Origin: Alphaproteobacteria bacterium
GTDB lineage: Bacteria > Pseudomonadota > Alphaproteobacteria > UBA828
DNA: 64,000 nucleotides
Direction of reading: 5' to 3'
Assembly (NCBI GenBank): GCA_965220745.1
Contig: CBDCQT010000011.1
Span: forward strand, 320,001-384,000
Part shown: one piece after another, positions 38,639 to 48,621 of the stretch
Position numbering within the stretch: the stretch's first letter is position 1
Layout: each line of letters begins with the position of its first letter
Made by a program: the position numbers and the translations under genes
Notes under the pieces: generated by a model
The model's database searches: none
The model's input: only the letters and a program-made list of their open reading frames with translations
Told to the model about the DNA's origin: nothing

Positions 38639-38787
38639 GCTGGCGCCCTACCGCCCGCTGAGGTGAGTGCCGGCCGCCGCCCGGCGCCGGTGCCGGCCAT
38701 GGTCCCAACAGCGCGTGCGGAACGCAACCGCCCGTTGACTTACCGCACTGAGGACGCGCAAGCCGCGAATAGGGCGAGCGAGCCGGG

Positions 38788-39867
38788 CTATGCGACCTTG
38801 GGCAGCACTTCGTTCTTGAGCAACGCCATGGACTGGTGCCAGTCCTCGTAGGGCTCCCAGTCGTGGCCCATGGCGAGCAGGGTTCCGAAGGGGCCGATCT
38901 CGCCCCTGAGGTCGTTCAGCTTCTGCGCCACCTCGTCGACACTGCCCACGATGAAGACATTGTCCACCAGGTACTCGATGGTCACGTCGCTGTCCGCCAT
39001 GTCCTGATCGTTCTTCAGCAACTTGAGCATGCCGACTTTGGGCAGGAGCCGGAAGAAGTAGTCGCGGAAATCGCGGGCGAGGACCCCTTCGCACGCGAGC
39101 TTGCGGGCCTTGGCGCTGGTTTCCGCCACCACGACCTCGCGGGCGACGCGCCACTCGCTGGCGTCGGGGGCGCGGCCCGCCTCCTGCGCGCCGTCCTCGA
39201 TCGCGTCCCAGTGGGTCTTGAGCAGCACCGGGGGCACGAGGTTGATGGACATGGGCATCCAGCCCTTCACCGCGGCCATCTTGAGCGTGGATGAGCGCGG
39301 GGAGACGCCGGCGACGCCAATCGGCGGATGCGGCTTCTGGTAGGGGCGAACATGCGCACGCAGCCCGTAATCGGTAACGGTCTCGGGGATGAGGAAGCGA
39401 AAGCCGTCGCTCTCGTAGACGCCGGGCTCAGGATCGGTCCAGAGCTTCAGGATCGTGTCGAGCGCGGCACGCGTGTAGCTCTGGTTGTTGATGGCGGGGT
39501 TTTCGCCCCAATAGCCGAAGACCTGCATGTCGCCGGGGAAGCTGCCGGTGCCGACGCCCCAGTTGAAGCGGCCCTCCGCCATGTGGTCGAGCTGCGCGAT
39601 GCGGTGGGCGAGCACGAAGGGATCGTGGTTCGGGATGCAGCTGACGCCTGTGCCCAGCCTGATCTGCTTCGTCAGCGGGATCGCCTGCGCGATGAGCAGG
39701 TCCGGCGCCGGGATGTTCTCCCACTCCGACGTGAAGTGCTCCCCGATCCAGACCTCGGCATAACCCAGCTCGTCGAGCTTGACGATCTGGTCCAGGTCCG
39801 CCTTGAGCGTCTCGGTGAAGTTCGCGCCTGGCGGGTGCAGCGGCATGGTAAAGAGACCGAGTTGCAT
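38788..39867 (-). CDS. LLM-class flavin-dependent monooxygenase
   Basis: GLFTMPLHP, WIGEHF, LGTGV, PYQKPHPPI. Confidence 0.9.
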   Translation of the reverse strand: MQLGLFTMPLHPPGANFTETLKADLDQIVKLDELGYAEVWIGEHFTSEWENIPAPDLLIAQAIPLTKQIRLGTGVSCIPNHDPFVLAHRIAQLDHMAEGRFNWGVGTGSFPGDMQVFGYWGENPAINNQSYTRAALDTILKLWTDPEPGVYESDGFRFLIPETVTDYGLRAHVRPYQKPHPPIGVAGVSPRSSTLKMAAVKGWMPMSINLVPPVLLKTHWDAIEDGAQEAGRAPDASEWRVAREVVVAETSAKARKLACEGVLARDFRDYFFRLLPKVGMLKLLKNDQDMADSDVTIEYLVDNVFIVGSVDEVAQKLNDLRGEIGPFGTLLAMGHDWEPYEDWHQSMALLKNEVLPKVA

Positions 39868-39945
39868 CGAACTTTCTCCGGCAGTGGGATCAACGGTCGT
39901 AGCCAGCATAGCGAGACGCTTTGCCGGTCGCCAATCCGCGCGCTG

Positions 39946-40899
39946 TCAGCTCGGCGGCGGGGCGCCGGCCTTGGCGGCGATGGTCTCCCGCGCCACCCTG
40001 GCCTCGCGGTAGGCGAGGTAGAGCGTGCTCACGAAGATGACGATGCCGCCGATCCAGACGTAAAGCACCGGCACCTCGTTGAAGAGCAGATAGCCGTAGA
40101 GCGACGCCCAGATCAGGCGGAGGAAATCGACCGGAAGCACGACCGTGGCATCGGCCTCGCGGAAGGCCTGGGCGAGGCAGAGATGGGCGAGCGTCCCAAA
40201 ACTCCCCATCAGCGCGAACCAGCCGAGGTCTTCGAGCGAGGGCCATTGCCAGACGAAGGCCGCCGCGATCGACGAGAGCGGCGTGAGGAAGACCGCCATG
40301 TAGGCGGTCATCGTCAGGCTCGATTCAGTGCGGGACAGCAGCTTGATGATGATCATCGCGCCGGCCCAGACGGCAGACGAGCCCAGCACCAGCAGCGAGC
40401 CGGGGTCGAGCGCCACCATCCCCGGACGAACAATGATCAGCGCCCCGGCGAAGCCCGCGATGAGTGCGACGATGCGACGGACGCGCACCACCTCGCCCAG
40501 CAGCAGTACCGCGCCCACGGTGACGAAGAGCGGCGCGGTGAAGCTCAGTGCGGCGACGGTGCCGAGCGGCGTGATCGGGACTGCATAGAAGAACATCATC
40601 ATAGCCGAGACGTGGATCGCGCCGCGTGCGGCATGGAGCGGCAGCTTGCTCGTGCGCAACGCGCCGAAGCCGTGGCGCAGCAGGAACGGTGAAATGAACA
40701 GCAGGCCGAAGAGATTGCGGAAGAACGCGATTTCGAAGGCATGCTGCTCGCTCGATGCGATGCGGATCACCGCGTGCATCGACGCGAAGCCGATGGTAGC
40801 TCCCAGCAGCAGCAACATGCCGCGCGCCGGCGGCGGCAGGGTGTAGTAGGCGGCGAGCAGCTGCGCGAGCGGCCCGGCTCGCGGAGGCTCAGCCCGCAT
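39946..40899 (-). CDS. DMT/EamA family transporter
   Basis: About 10 TM helices, FTAPLF, LLGEVV, RPG, AFREADA. Confidence 0.9.
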   Translation of the reverse strand: MRAEPPRAGPLAQLLAAYYTLPPPARGMLLLLGATIGFASMHAVIRIASSEQHAFEIAFFRNLFGLLFISPFLLRHGFGALRTSKLPLHAARGAIHVSAMMMFFYAVPITPLGTVAALSFTAPLFVTVGAVLLLGEVVRVRRIVALIAGFAGALIIVRPGMVALDPGSLLVLGSSAVWAGAMIIIKLLSRTESSLTMTAYMAVFLTPLSSIAAAFVWQWPSLEDLGWFALMGSFGTLAHLCLAQAFREADATVVLPVDFLRLIWASLYGYLLFNEVPVLYVWIGGIVIFVSTLYLAYREARVARETIAAKAGAPPPS

Positions 40900-41122
40900 G
40901 GCTCGCCACGATCATGGTCTGCGTCGCGTGGGACGCGCGCGGGGCGCATAATGCACGACCCGGCCGACCGGCCGGAAAGCCGACGCCACTCCCGACCCAC
41001 CTGACTCTCCGGACCATGGTGCGGGGCACAGGACGCCGCGTTCGCGCCAGGATCGGCCCATGTTGTGCACGAACGAAGGCGTCGCGGCTGGCGGGATGAG
41101 TGGGCGTTGCTCGCCCTGGGAA

Positions 41123-41170
41123 TCCCCACCTGTCCCGCCTAATCCCGGCGCGTCCCAATTCGAAATTATG
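41123..41170 (-). promoter_or_regulatory. 10-bp-periodic NGGGA repeat array with upstream CATAAT (MraZ-operator-like)
   Basis: TCCC at 41123, 41133, 41143, 41153; minus strand reads TGGGA-N5-CGGGA-N5-CGGGA-N5-GGGGA. Confidence 0.55.
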
Positions 41171-41333
41171 ATTCTTGTCTCACATCTCGCGCGCCGCCCT
41201 TCGGGTCGCGCCCAGGCGCCCGCCCGCGTCGTCGCGGGCCTCAACCGTATTCCCCGATACGCTTTTCGGCCCGCTCCTTGCGGATCGAACGCCTGGACGC
41301 GACGCAGGCCGTGACCCTGGTGAGAAGTGCGGG

Positions 41334-41729
41334 TTAAGGACGCGGCTTCTCCTCGGTCGGGCCGCCCGCCTCTTTCCACGCGCCGAAGCCGCCGGCGATG
41401 TGAGCGACTGGGCTGAGCCCCATGTTCTGCGCCGCCTGCGTGGCCAGCGCCGAGCGCATGCCGCCGGCGCAGAAGAAGACGAACTTCTTGCCGCTCGCGA
41501 AGAAGGGCTTGTGATAGGGGCTCTCGGGATCGATCCAGAACTCGATCATGCCCCGCGGCACATGGCGCGCGCCGGGGACGGCCCCCTCGCGCCACAGCTC
41601 CCGAATGTCACGGATGTCGACGAGTTCGACGCCCTCGTCGTCCACCAGCGCGATGGCGTCGGCGGCCGAGAGCGTCTCGATTTCGGCCTCGGCCTCGGCC
41701 ACCAGCTCCTTGATGCCCTTCGTGATCAT
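41334..41729 (-). CDS. Rhodanese-like domain protein
   Basis: VDIRD..E, PRGMIEFWID, FCAGGMRSA, GGFGAW; GGAG RBS. Confidence 0.92.
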   Translation of the reverse strand: MITKGIKELVAEAEAEIETLSAADAIALVDDEGVELVDIRDIRELWREGAVPGARHVPRGMIEFWIDPESPYHKPFFASGKKFVFFCAGGMRSALATQAAQNMGLSPVAHIAGGFGAWKEAGGPTEEKPRP

Positions 41730-41813
41730 GGCTCCTCCCTGCGGTGCCCTGGAGCGCCGCGATGATGGCCGATGCCGGCTGCCGGCACCAGCGCTGCGCA
41801 CCCTCGGTTTGCG

Positions 41814-42776
41814 TTACGCCGCGTCTCCTGGCCTCGACGGGGTCTCCAGTGCCGTGAGAAGTGCGAGTAGCCGCGTATCGCGCTCGGCCGCGAGCGCCGG
41901 GATCGATTGGCCGTCCAGCATGTCGTCCACTGCGCGGCTCATGGTCTCGATCGCGGTCTCATCGAGGCGCGGCGTGCCGGAATCCGCCCACCAGCGTTCC
42001 AGCCCCGGCCCGAAGTGGTTGAGAGCCCCGCGCGTGCCGCCCTCGCCGCCGGCCAGGTGCATGGTGAGAAACGGCCCCATGAAGGCCCAGCGGAGCCCTG
42101 GGCCGTGGGAAACCGCCGCGTCGATATCGGCGGCGCTGGCTGCGCCCGAAAGCAGCAGATGAAAGGCCTCGCGCAGGAGCGCCGCCTGCAGCCGGTTGGC
42201 GATGTGGCCCGGCACCTCGCGCTCGACCCGGATCGCGCGCTTGCCGTGGGCGTTGTAGAAGGCGAGCGCCCAGTCGACCGTAGCCGGGTCGGTCTCGCGC
42301 CCGCCCACCACCTCGACCAGGGGGACGAGATGGGGCGGGTTGAAGGGGTGGCCGACGACGAAGCGCGGGCCGCTGCGCAGCCCCTCCTGAAGCTCGCTGA
42401 TCAACAGGCCCGACGTGCTCGATGCGAGCACCGCGTCCGGCGTGAGCGCCCCGTCGATGCGCCGGTAGAGTTCGCGCTTGAGGGCCGTGTCTTCCGGCGC
42501 GTTCTCCTGCACGAAGACCGCGCCGTCCACGGCGTCCTCGGGGTCTGCGACCACACGAACTCGGCCGGGATCGGCGCCGGGCTCAAGGCCGAGCCGCTCC
42601 ATCGCGGGCCAGGCTGCCTCGATGAAGGCGCGGAGGCGCTCAGCGGTGCCGGGCGCCGGATCCCAGGCCGTGACCGAGAAGCCGCGCGCCAGAAAATACG
42701 TTGCCCAGCTCGCACCGATGGTGCCGGTGCCGAGCAGCGCAATCGTGTTGACCGCCGTAGGTGCGGGCCGTGCCAT
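41814..42776 (-). CDS. 3-hydroxyacyl-CoA dehydrogenase family (carnitine dehydrogenase/lambda-crystallin-like)
   Basis: GTGTIGASW, QENAPE, SSTSG, HPFNPPHLVPLVE, GHIANRLQ. Confidence 0.9.
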   Translation of the reverse strand: MARPAPTAVNTIALLGTGTIGASWATYFLARGFSVTAWDPAPGTAERLRAFIEAAWPAMERLGLEPGADPGRVRVVADPEDAVDGAVFVQENAPEDTALKRELYRRIDGALTPDAVLASSTSGLLISELQEGLRSGPRFVVGHPFNPPHLVPLVEVVGGRETDPATVDWALAFYNAHGKRAIRVEREVPGHIANRLQAALLREAFHLLLSGAASAADIDAAVSHGPGLRWAFMGPFLTMHLAGGEGGTRGALNHFGPGLERWWADSGTPRLDETAIETMSRAVDDMLDGQSIPALAAERDTRLLALLTALETPSRPGDAA

Positions 42777-42924
42777 GGGAGCCTCCTTCGCCTGCCGGCG
42801 GGACGTTCACGGAGTGGTTCAGTCGAATTAAGGGCTGGGCGCTTCCGCCCGGCGCTATATATACCGATCGAGCCCGGCAATCGAGGAAACGGGGCGCGGC
42901 AGTGCGCTGCCGAGGGAGGACGTG

Positions 42925-43344
42925 ATGGCGGACAAGGTGGTGAAGACGGATGCGGAATGGCGCGCGGCGCTGACCGAGGAACAGTACTACGTCACCCGAA
43001 TGGGAGGCACCGAGCGGCCTTTCACGGGTGCCTACTGCGACGAGAAGACGCCGGGCGAGTATGCCTGCGTCTGCTGCGGCGCCGCCCTCTTCAGCTCCGG
43101 CGACAAGTTCGATTCAGGCACCGGCTGGCCGAGCTTCACGAGGCCGGTCGATCCGGGGAACGTCGGCTCGGTGGAGGACATGAGCTACGGGATGCGCCGG
43201 ACCGAGGTGGTGTGCAGCCGGTGCGGCGCCCATCTCGGCCACGTCTTCCCCGACGGGCCGGCGCCCACGGGCTTGCGCTACTGCATGAACTCCGCCGCGC
43301 TCGTGCTTACACCCAAGGACGACGGCGGGGCGGGAGGGACTTAG
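42925..43344 (+). CDS. msrB: Peptide-methionine (R)-S-oxide reductase
   Basis: GTERPFTG, CxxC twice, [23 protein letters not shown]. Confidence 0.97.
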   Translation: MADKVVKTDAEWRAALTEEQYYVTRMGGTERPFTGAYCDEKTPGEYACVCCGAALFSSGDKFDSGTGWPSFTRPVDPGNVGSVEDMSYGMRRTEVVCSRCGAHLGHVFPDGPAPTGLRYCMNSAALVLTPKDDGGAGGT

Positions 43345-43356
43345 CCAAGCCGGGAC

Positions 43357-44283
43357 TCAGGCGTCTCTCGACGACGCGGTCTCCCGCACGATTCCCCGGA
43401 AGCGCCCGAACGGCGACAGGTCGTCGGAGGAGCGCCGCGACACCATTCCGGTGCGGTGACGATACGTGCCGAACGTCACCGGCAGGGGCTTGAGTGGATG
43501 TCCGGGCAAACGCTCCAGGAAGGTCAGCGACAGCCAGGAGAGGTAGGGGCCTGCTGCCATCAGGAACAGTCCGGCGGAACCGGCGCGTGTGACGGTCTTC
43601 ACCCGCTGGCCGGTTCTCTCATAGAGCTGGTCGAGGACTCCGGCCAGCGAAGGCCGACCGTTGGCGGCGTCCGCCCGCATGGGTGCATCGAAGTCGATCC
43701 ACGGGTATTGGACAAGCGCGTCATCGCTCACCGTTCCGGAATGGAGCGGATGGTCCTTGTGGGCGACGATGCCCCACGTCATGTCGATGAAGCGTTCGCT
43801 CTTGAGGAACTGCGGCAAGGGTTCGTTGCTGTTGATGCCGCCGCAGTGAATGTCGCTATCGCCGTTGGCCAGGAGGCGAACACCCTCGGTCATCGGAAGG
43901 GTCTTCAGCTTGAGTTCCACGCCGGGGCAGGTCTCGTGGAACTTGGCGATCGCATCGGGAAGCACGGCCCGCATCCACATGGGGCCAGCCGTGACGCGCA
44001 AGCTGCCAGTGCGGCCCGCGAGGGTCGCGGTGATCTTCTCTTCGGCAGCTTCGATTTCGTAGAGGATATGGCGTGCCAGATCCGCGACGACGGCGCCGAG
44101 CGGCGTGAGCCGAACGCCCGTGGACATGCGGTCGAACAGCCGGCCTCCGAACTGGCGCTCGAGCCGTGCGACCACGCGCGAGAGGGCGGGTTGCGTGATG
44201 CCGAGCTTGTCGGCGGCGGAGAGGATGGCGCCTGTCTCGGCAACGGCAAGGAACTTGATCAGATCGTTGCGCTTCTCAAACAT
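43357..44283 (-). CDS. LysR family transcriptional regulator
   Basis: FLAVAETG.I.SAADKLGITQPALSR HTH. Confidence 0.92.
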   Translation of the reverse strand: MFEKRNDLIKFLAVAETGAILSAADKLGITQPALSRVVARLERQFGGRLFDRMSTGVRLTPLGAVVADLARHILYEIEAAEEKITATLAGRTGSLRVTAGPMWMRAVLPDAIAKFHETCPGVELKLKTLPMTEGVRLLANGDSDIHCGGINSNEPLPQFLKSERFIDMTWGIVAHKDHPLHSGTVSDDALVQYPWIDFDAPMRADAANGRPSLAGVLDQLYERTGQRVKTVTRAGSAGLFLMAAGPYLSWLSLTFLERLPGHPLKPLPVTFGTYRHRTGMVSRRSSDDLSPFGRFRGIVRETASSRDA

Positions 44284-44915
44284 CTGTGGTCCGCGTCCTT
44301 CGCGAATTATCTGCACATAACTCACCTATGCATGTGGCAGCGATGGCAAAATGCGTCCAGAAAGGAATTCTAACACTCTCGATAAGAAGCTCTTATGAAT
44401 TTGCCTGAAGTTGCGGACATCTGGTTTGGGTGTATTCGCATAATAATGATCGAGTCCTTGAATTTCTGCATCGATAATGTCAGTCGAACAAATGGCATGA
44501 CGACTTGGTAGGTTGGCAAATCTGATTTGCGTGTCATTGCATAATCCATTGCAATTACGTTATTTTTGACAACGACGTTCGGAAGTGGGGAGGAGGAATT
44601 CGACAGCTTCCGTGGCCTCCCGGGATCGACCTCGTAGAAATGTTTATGGCCTTGAGCGTCAGAGATAGCTCGAGAAATATTCATGATAACGGGCACATGG
44701 TGAGCGACTTCCGAAATCAAAACGTTGCTACTATGCACATCAGGCATGTGCTTTTCTTAAGGGTGCATCCCACACATATCAACGGGGTGGTGCGCTTCTC
44801 GCCGGGCCCGCGCAAGTATCATCTTGCATTGCACGTCGCCGACTTGGTGAAGATCCGGCGGCGGAGTCTCGCGAGGGTAACCGGCAAAGAGCGGCGCGCC
44901 GCACCGCGGTGCGTT

Positions 44916-45845
44916 CTACTCCTCGTCCTGGGACGACGCACTTTGCTCCAAGAGCGAGAGACAGAGCCGTGCGATGGGTCTGACGCGACCCTGGTCCGTG
45001 AGCGCGGCGCAAAAGTGATTGTCGCGTTCGATATAACCATCGCCGAGTGCGACCAGGGCGCCGGTTTCGAGATGCTGATCGACGAAGTTTTTCCAGCCGA
45101 GCGCGATGCCCTGCCCTTCGACGGCCGCCTCAAGCGAATAGACGTAATTGTCAAAGCTCACGAACCGAGGCGAGGGCTCGGGGCGCCCAGCGGCTTGAAA
45201 CCAGTCCTCCCACGACGCCCAGTTCTCACTAGCGCTGCCAGGTTCGAGAAACGAGAGACCACTCCAGCCGCTCACGGGGCCATTCAGCGTATCCGAATGG
45301 GTTGCAGCGTATTCGGGGGCACAGACCGGCCTCACCGCTTCCGCAAAAAGCACCACTGCGCTGTCCCCTCGAATGGTGGCCTCCCAGTCCAAAACCACGT
45401 CGGGCACCGAATCGAGTGGCAGGTTCTGCGAGTAACGATGAAAAATTACGGTTTGTATTTGAGTGCGCTCGCCGAGTGCTTCGCGAAGCGCATTGTGTCG
45501 CGGTCTCAGCACGTAGTGCGACACCGGGTTAGAGCACGCGATCACCACTCGTTCGCCCGATGAGGCCTCGGCGATCTCGGAGGTGGCCTTGTCGATCATA
45601 CCGAGCGCAGGGGCGACGCCTGTATGGAAGCGCCGTCCGGCTTCGGTCAGCTTCACTCCGGTTCGGGATCGTTCGAACAGCTTGGCACCATTCTTCTCTT
45701 CGAGGTTTGCGATATGGCGACTAATTGCAGGTTGCGATGTGCCCAGCTCCTTGGCCGCTCCGGCGAAACTTCCGGTCCGTGCGGCGCATTCGAAGGCGAT
45801 GAGGGCCGCCGTCGGTGGAATTCGATAGGGGCTGGACTTAGCCAT
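44916..45845 (-). CDS. LysR family transcriptional regulator (GcvA-like)
   Basis: PPTAALIAFECAARTGSFAGAAKELGTSQPAISRHI; AAVEGQGIALGW. Confidence 0.92.
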   Translation of the reverse strand: MAKSSPYRIPPTAALIAFECAARTGSFAGAAKELGTSQPAISRHIANLEEKNGAKLFERSRTGVKLTEAGRRFHTGVAPALGMIDKATSEIAEASSGERVVIACSNPVSHYVLRPRHNALREALGERTQIQTVIFHRYSQNLPLDSVPDVVLDWEATIRGDSAVVLFAEAVRPVCAPEYAATHSDTLNGPVSGWSGLSFLEPGSASENWASWEDWFQAAGRPEPSPRFVSFDNYVYSLEAAVEGQGIALGWKNFVDQHLETGALVALGDGYIERDNHFCAALTDQGRVRPIARLCLSLLEQSASSQDEE

Positions 45846-46019
45846 AACGTAATTGATACAAGCATAATCCAAGAATCGCAACGCACTTTGGGAAGGCTAT
45901 GCTTGGGGAGATCAAATATATAACTAAAAATTATATACATACTCGAAGAAGAGAGCCTGTTAAAGATGCTGAAATACATAGTAATATAACTTAAGTGAAT
46001 GCATCCTGCGCAGACTTCT

Positions 46020-46270
46020 GCACCGAGGCGATCGACATCCCTGTCCTGCCGATGCTCGCCAAGCGGCTCTTCTTCAAGTTCCACAGCCTGTGCGACACGA
46101 TGCGCCTGCCGGAGAAGCGCGCCGCCTGCTTCGCCTTCGTGCACGACGAGGTGGCCTCCGGCGCGTCGAGGCCGATCATCGACCGGACCTTCCCGCTCGA
46201 GCAGATCGCGGACGCGCCTCGCTACATGGAAACCAACACGCGGGGCGGCAAGATCGTGGTTACGACCTGA
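46020..46270 (+). pseudogene. 3' remnant of an MDR-family NADPH:quinone oxidoreductase
   Basis: RPIIDRTFPLEQIADAPRYMETNTRGGKIVVT is the typical family C-terminus; no N-terminal part, and AT-rich sequence lies upstream. Confidence 0.72.
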
Positions 46271-46319
46271 CCTGCGCCGAGACCCTTTCTCTCACAGCGG
46301 TCGCGGCGATAAGTCTGGG

Positions 46320-46805
46320 CTAAGTCTCGAACGCCAGATCGGCGGGAGAAATCAGCACGCCGAACTGGACGCACCAGATGACGACGCTCGGATACTCCTT
46401 CAGGTCGACACCCTTGGGGATGGGATATTTCTGGCTGCCCTCGAACGCGCGCAATTTGCCGAGGTCGATGTACATCGTCGATTTGACGTCGGAGGATTCA
46501 CGGATTTCTTCGCGTGGAACGAGATAGACGTGAAACGCGGGTCCCGGCCCAACTTTGAAGTCCTCCTCAAGGAATACCAGCTCTTCATAGACCGTAACCC
46601 GCCCCTCACCGTAGTGGATCGGGTCCGAGGGATTTGCGTGAATAAACGTGCCTTGAGCGACAACCTCGGTCTGCTCTTCGGCCGTGAGAGTCTCCATCGC
46701 AGGCGGCGGCGGAAACACGTAGGGAAATATGAAGAAGCCAACGGCCACGCCGAAGGCCGTACCCAAGACGCCCCCAATGAAGAAGGCGATAATCCATTTC
46801 CGCAT
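46320..46805 (-). CDS. DM13 domain-containing membrane-anchored protein
   Basis: N-terminal TM; GPGPAFHVYL, DLGKLRAFEGSQKYPIP, SVVIWC.QF; GGAGG RBS. Confidence 0.88.
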   Translation of the reverse strand: MRKWIIAFFIGGVLGTAFGVAVGFFIFPYVFPPPPAMETLTAEEQTEVVAQGTFIHANPSDPIHYGEGRVTVYEELVFLEEDFKVGPGPAFHVYLVPREEIRESSDVKSTMYIDLGKLRAFEGSQKYPIPKGVDLKEYPSVVIWCVQFGVLISPADLAFET

Positions 46806-47272
46806 CGTCACCTCCTGCGGTGATCGTTGCTACGGGTTCGCCCAGTTCGGCTCGGGCATTCAGCTAGATAGGCGCGCATGGTAGGTCGTGATTGCCGAAG
46901 CATACAGGCAAGAGATCGTGCACGAATTGGTAACCGAAGATCACTCGTATAGAGAGTGGTTCTGTGCCTCTGCGCTTTCAAGGGGCGGTGTCCCGTAGGC
47001 ACCCTAGTTTCTGGTTGGGTATCGGTCGCCGCCGAGGCTTCTTCGACTGGCACCCGTCACCGCCTTTCGCCTCGCGCCTCAATCGTCGCCCCGCCAATGC
47101 TGTTATGGGCATGATGGCGATGCAGCGTCGCAAGCGCGGTGTTATTATCATCTTTACCAGCTGCACCCATCCCAAGGTCCTTGTACGACCTGCTGCGGAC
47201 CGCAGCGACGAGAGCGGCGGCGACTGACCGGGCTAACCGGTTTGCTGCGCTGCGCCAGAGGGAGGACGATCA

Positions 47273-48478
47273 ATGGACAAGACCAACTCGAAATCGAATT
47301 CTGTGCCACACCAGAAGCGCCGCGTATCGCGGCGGAGCGTGCTCAAGGGCGCCGCGGCATTGACGGCCGCGGGGTTCACCTGGAAGAGCATCGGTCCTTT
47401 CGTGCGTGACGCGGAGGCGGCAACGCTGGAGCTGCGCTGGCTCGGCTGGGAGCACTACAACGTCAAGAGCCTGACCGCCGAGTTCGAGAACCGGCACGAC
47501 GTCAAGGTCAGCGCCGGGTTTTTCGACGGCAATTCCGAAGCCTGGAACAAGCTGCGCGCCGGCGGCACCCAGGATTTCGACCTGGTGATGGCCGACGGAT
47601 TCTGGCCGCGCCTCTATGCCAAGCAGGGTCTGGTACAGGCGGTCGACTATTCGAAGCTGGACCTGAGCAACGTCTTCGACGACTTCGTGCCGCCAAAGTT
47701 CACGTTGCTGCGTGCGGAGGACAGCGAGGACATGATCGCCGCGCCCAACTGCTGGGGCGGGTATGGCTTCACGGTCAACACCGACAAGGTTGCGGCCGAG
47801 GATCAGGAATCGGTGAACCTTCTGTTCAACGAGAAGTACGAGGGGCATCTCTCGACCAGCGCGCGCTTCGAGGAGAACATCGCGCTGGCCGGCATCCTCG
47901 CCGCGCACAACATGGGCACGCAGGACAGCCCGCGGCCTGATGGCAAGAGCTTCAATCCTTACGTGCTGTCGGATGAGGAACTCGAAGAGTGCAAGCGCCT
48001 CCTGATCAAGCAGAAGGGGTTGCTGGTCAATCGCTGGAACGACGAGGACACGCTGGAGCGGCTGCTGCGCGCCCAGGTGGTGTGGGCGTCGCCCGAGTGG
48101 TCCGGCATCTACCGGCGCATTCACTTCGACAAGCTCGACGGCAAGTCCGATCTCAACATGCGCCACGTCCTCAAGCCCACGGAAGGCGGGCTCGGCTGGG
48201 TGGACCAGTGGTCCATTACCTCGGGCGTGACAGACAGCGAGAAGCTGGAGATCGCGCACAAGTGGATCGACTTCCGGCTCGAGCGCGAGGCCATGAAGAC
48301 GGTGGCGGTCGAAATCGGCTGGGCGCCCACCGTGGACGTTCGCGACATGCTGCCGGAGCGCTACGTGGATACCCTGTTCCTGAACGAGACCGAGTCAATC
48401 CACGGCCTCTATCAGTTTGACGCGCCCTCCTCGCCCGAGAAGTGGGAGCGCATCTGGTCGGCGGTGGAAGCGGCCTAA
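47273..48478 (+). CDS. Polyamine-type (PotD/F-like) ABC substrate-binding protein, Tat-exported
   Basis: SRRSVLKG twin-arginine signal; family motifs; GGAGG RBS. Confidence 0.88.
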   Translation: MDKTNSKSNSVPHQKRRVSRRSVLKGAAALTAAGFTWKSIGPFVRDAEAATLELRWLGWEHYNVKSLTAEFENRHDVKVSAGFFDGNSEAWNKLRAGGTQDFDLVMADGFWPRLYAKQGLVQAVDYSKLDLSNVFDDFVPPKFTLLRAEDSEDMIAAPNCWGGYGFTVNTDKVAAEDQESVNLLFNEKYEGHLSTSARFEENIALAGILAAHNMGTQDSPRPDGKSFNPYVLSDEELEECKRLLIKQKGLLVNRWNDEDTLERLLRAQVVWASPEWSGIYRRIHFDKLDGKSDLNMRHVLKPTEGGLGWVDQWSITSGVTDSEKLEIAHKWIDFRLEREAMKTVAVEIGWAPTVDVRDMLPERYVDTLFLNETESIHGLYQFDAPSSPEKWERIWSAVEAA

Positions 48479-48503
48479 CCGCAAACTCACGACTACACGG
48501 TAC

Positions 48504-48535
48504 AGAGGGATCGGACCCAACGGTCCGGTCCCTCT
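48504..48535 (+). terminator. Intercistronic stem-loop after the SBP gene
   Basis: AGAGGGATCGGACC-CAAC-GGTCCGGTCCCTCT. Confidence 0.55.
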
Positions 48536-48621
48536 CTTGCTATGGTGGCACGTCTTGCCAGATCGCGGCGTAAGGGCGCGCGGCGCATGGCAGCGCTGAT
48601 GATAGCAGGAGTCTGGGCGGG

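Noticed and set aside
44370-44747. 125-aa ORF in the AT-rich gap between the LysR genes
   Set aside because: No recognisable motif or RBS; cannot be supported.
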